The position numbers and the translations under genes are program-made. Positions 61,761 through 64,000 of a stretch of DNA of 64,000 bases are shown piece by piece. The stretch is from an uncultured delta proteobacterium (lineage in GTDB: Bacteria > Myxococcota > Myxococcia > Myxococcales > Myxococcaceae). Each line of letters opens with the position of its first letter. Position 1 is the stretch's first letter. The stretch is taken from the NCBI GenBank assembly GCA_963771175.1, contig CAVYSY010000033.1, positions 448,001 through 512,000 on the forward strand, written 5' to 3'. The notes beneath the pieces were generated by a model, which made no database searches, was not told where the DNA came from, and saw only the letters and a program-made list of their open reading frames with translations.

Positions 61761-64000
61761 AAGCACACGCTGGCGGAGGGCGGCGGCGGTCGCCCTCGTG
61801 CTGGTGGCGGCGGGAGCGTGGTTCGTCTCCAGCCTTCAGGACGGGCTGCTCGCATATGAGCCCTCGCGCCTCGTGCTGGACCGGCGGGGCGCGTACCTGG
61901 GCGAGGTGCCCGGAACGGGCGAGGAGCTCGGCTACTGGCCGGTGCCCTACGTGCTGCCCGAGCGCATCGTCCAGGCCACGCTCACCACCGAGGACCGGCA
62001 CTTCTACGAGCACCCGGGCGTGTACCTGCCATCGGTGGGGCGCGCGCTGGTGCAGAACGTGCGCAACCTGCGCGTCATCTCCGGAGCGTCCACGCTGGCC
62101 ATGCAGGTAGCGCGGATGCAGACGCCCGGGGAGCGCAACCTGGGGCGCAAGGCGCGCGAGGCGGTGGAGGCCCTGCTGCTGGTGCGCAAGCACGGGCACG
62201 AGAAGGTGCTGCGTCAGTACCTGACCATCGCCCCGTACGGAAACCGGGTGCACGGAGTGGTGCGCGCCGCGCGCCTCTACTTCGACAAACCGGTGGAGGA
62301 CCTGTCGTGGGCGCAGGCGGCCTTCCTCGCGGGCCTGCCGCAGCTGCCCGGGCGGATGAACCCGTACACGGAGGAGGGCCTGCGCCGCGCCCTCAAGCGC
62401 AGCCACCGCATCCTCCGCGCGCTACACGAGCAAGGGCGTCCTCTCGCGCGAGGAGCTGGAGCAGGCCCGGCAGGCGGACCTCGGCCTCGTGCCCCGACCC
62501 CAGCGCATGCCCGAGGCGCTGCACGCGGTGCTGGAGTGGAGCGAGCTGTCCCGCGCGCGTGCCCAGCCCATCTCCGACGGCCACGCTGGACCTGGAGATT
62601 CAATCGAAGGTGGCGCACATCCTCCAGACGAACCTCAACCGGCTGGATGGCACGGGGGCGGGCAACACCGCCGCGCTGGTGGTGGACACGGAGACGGGAG
62701 ACATCCTCGCGTACGTGGGCTCGCGGGACTTCTTCAGCGAGGAGCACCGAGGAGCCATCGACTTCGTGAAGCAGCGGCGCTCGCCGGGCTCCACGCTCAA
62801 GCCCTTCATCTACGGGCTGGCGCTGGAGAAAGGCTCCGTCACCGCCGCCACCGAGCTGGCGGATACGCCGATGGACCTGCGGACGGAGAGCGGGCGGAGC
62901 TACCTGCCGGAGAACGTCAACCACAACTTCCTCGGGCCCATGCTGCTGCGCGAGGCGCTGAGCAACTCGCGCAACATCCCCGCCCTGCGCGTGCTGGAGG
63001 AGGTGGGAGTGGAGTCAACGCTGCGCTTCCTGGAGAAGGCGGGCGTGGGCGGCATCTCGTACGAGCCGGACCGGTACGGGCTCGGGCTGGCGATCGGCAA
63101 CCTGCACGTCACGCTGGAGGAATTGACGAGGCTTTACCTCGTGCTCTCCCATGAGGGCGAGACGCGCCCGCTGCGGCGCTTCGTCGACGAGCCCGTGGCC
63201 CCCTCACGCCGGCTGATGACGCGCGAGGCGGCACAACTGGTGCGCCATATCCTCGCGGACCCGCTGGCCCGGAGGCCGACGTTCGCCGCGGGCAGCGCGT
63301 TGGACTACCCGTACGCGGTGGCGGTGAAGACAGGCACCAGCCAGGGCTACCGCGACGCGTGGGCGGTGGCCTTCAGCGACCGGCTGCTCGTGGCCGTGTG
63401 GGTGGGCAACCACGACTGGCGCCGGATGAACGGCCTGGGCGGGCTCATGGGCGCGGCCGGCGCGGTGCATGAAATCCTGGACGCGGTGATGCCCGAGTGG
63501 CGCCCGTACCGGCCGGTGCTCGACACCTTCCCGCCGCCCGGGGGCGCGCTGGCGGTAGACGTGTGCACGCTGTCGGGCCGGCTGGCCGGCTCGGAGTGCC
63601 CGCACCGCAAGAGCGAGTGGTTCGTCCCGGGCACGGCCCCGACGGAGCCCTGCCCCTTCCACGCGCGCGTGAAGCTGGACCGGCGCAACGGCCTGCGCGC
63701 GGGCCCCACCTGCCCGGAGCGCGAGGTGGTGACGCGGGTGATGCTCGCGCTGCCCGAGGAGTACGCGCAGTGGGCGCGGCGGCAGCACCTGGACATCGCG
63801 CCGCTGCGGGAGAGCCCGCTCTGCCCGACCCACCCGGAGGAGTTGGAGCCGAAGGTGGCCATCCGCGAGCCAAGGGGCACGGTGCGACTGCTGTACGATC
63901 CGGACACGCCAGCCTCGGCCTCGACACTCCGGCTGGCGGCGGACGTGACACCGAGCACGGAGCCCATCGTGTGGATCGTCGACGGCGTGCCGGTGGCCAC
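61750..64000 (+). CDS. pbpC: Penicillin-binding protein 1C; frameshifts near 62440-62580, runs off window
   Basis: EDRHF, SGASTLAMQ, APYG; GSTLKP, SRN, KTGTS; follows alpha-2-macroglobulin. Confidence 0.9.

Overview
High-GC chromosomal window that looks myxobacterial (probably Cystobacter/Archangium-like), judging by the PilA-type pilin, the Wsp-like chemosensory operon, the DUF1552/DUF1592 pair and Cys/DAG-rich lipoproteins. About 45 CDSs were identified. I recognised no rRNA, tRNA, transposase, integrase or CRISPR-cas genes. Main blocks: (1) a divergent radical SAM/SPASM gene and a small ACYG-motif lipoprotein (1.9-3.6 kb); (2) a complete cheW-cheR-cheW-mcp-cheA-cheB-response regulator operon (8.5-16.8 kb); (3) DUF1552 plus a heme-c/DUF1592/CBM2 protein (17.3-21 kb); (4) a perfect 41-bp palindromic tandem array directly upstream of an uncharacterised putative DNA-binding protein (23.0-24.0 kb); (5) assorted metabolic and envelope genes, including a degenerate EF-G paralog, an orphan pilin next to a PD-(D/E)XK-like protein and a DEGS-like sphingolipid desaturase; (6) an overlapping three-gene cluster of a 1768-aa repeat protein, alpha-2-macroglobulin and pbpC (50.7-64 kb). 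At least nine otherwise intact genes carry small frameshifts, most simply explained by assembly indels. All family assignments come from motif recognition by eye, not database searches. Best candidates for an undescribed system: the palindromic array with its adjacent gene, the rSAM/ACYG lipoprotein pair, and the giant partner of alpha-2-macroglobulin.
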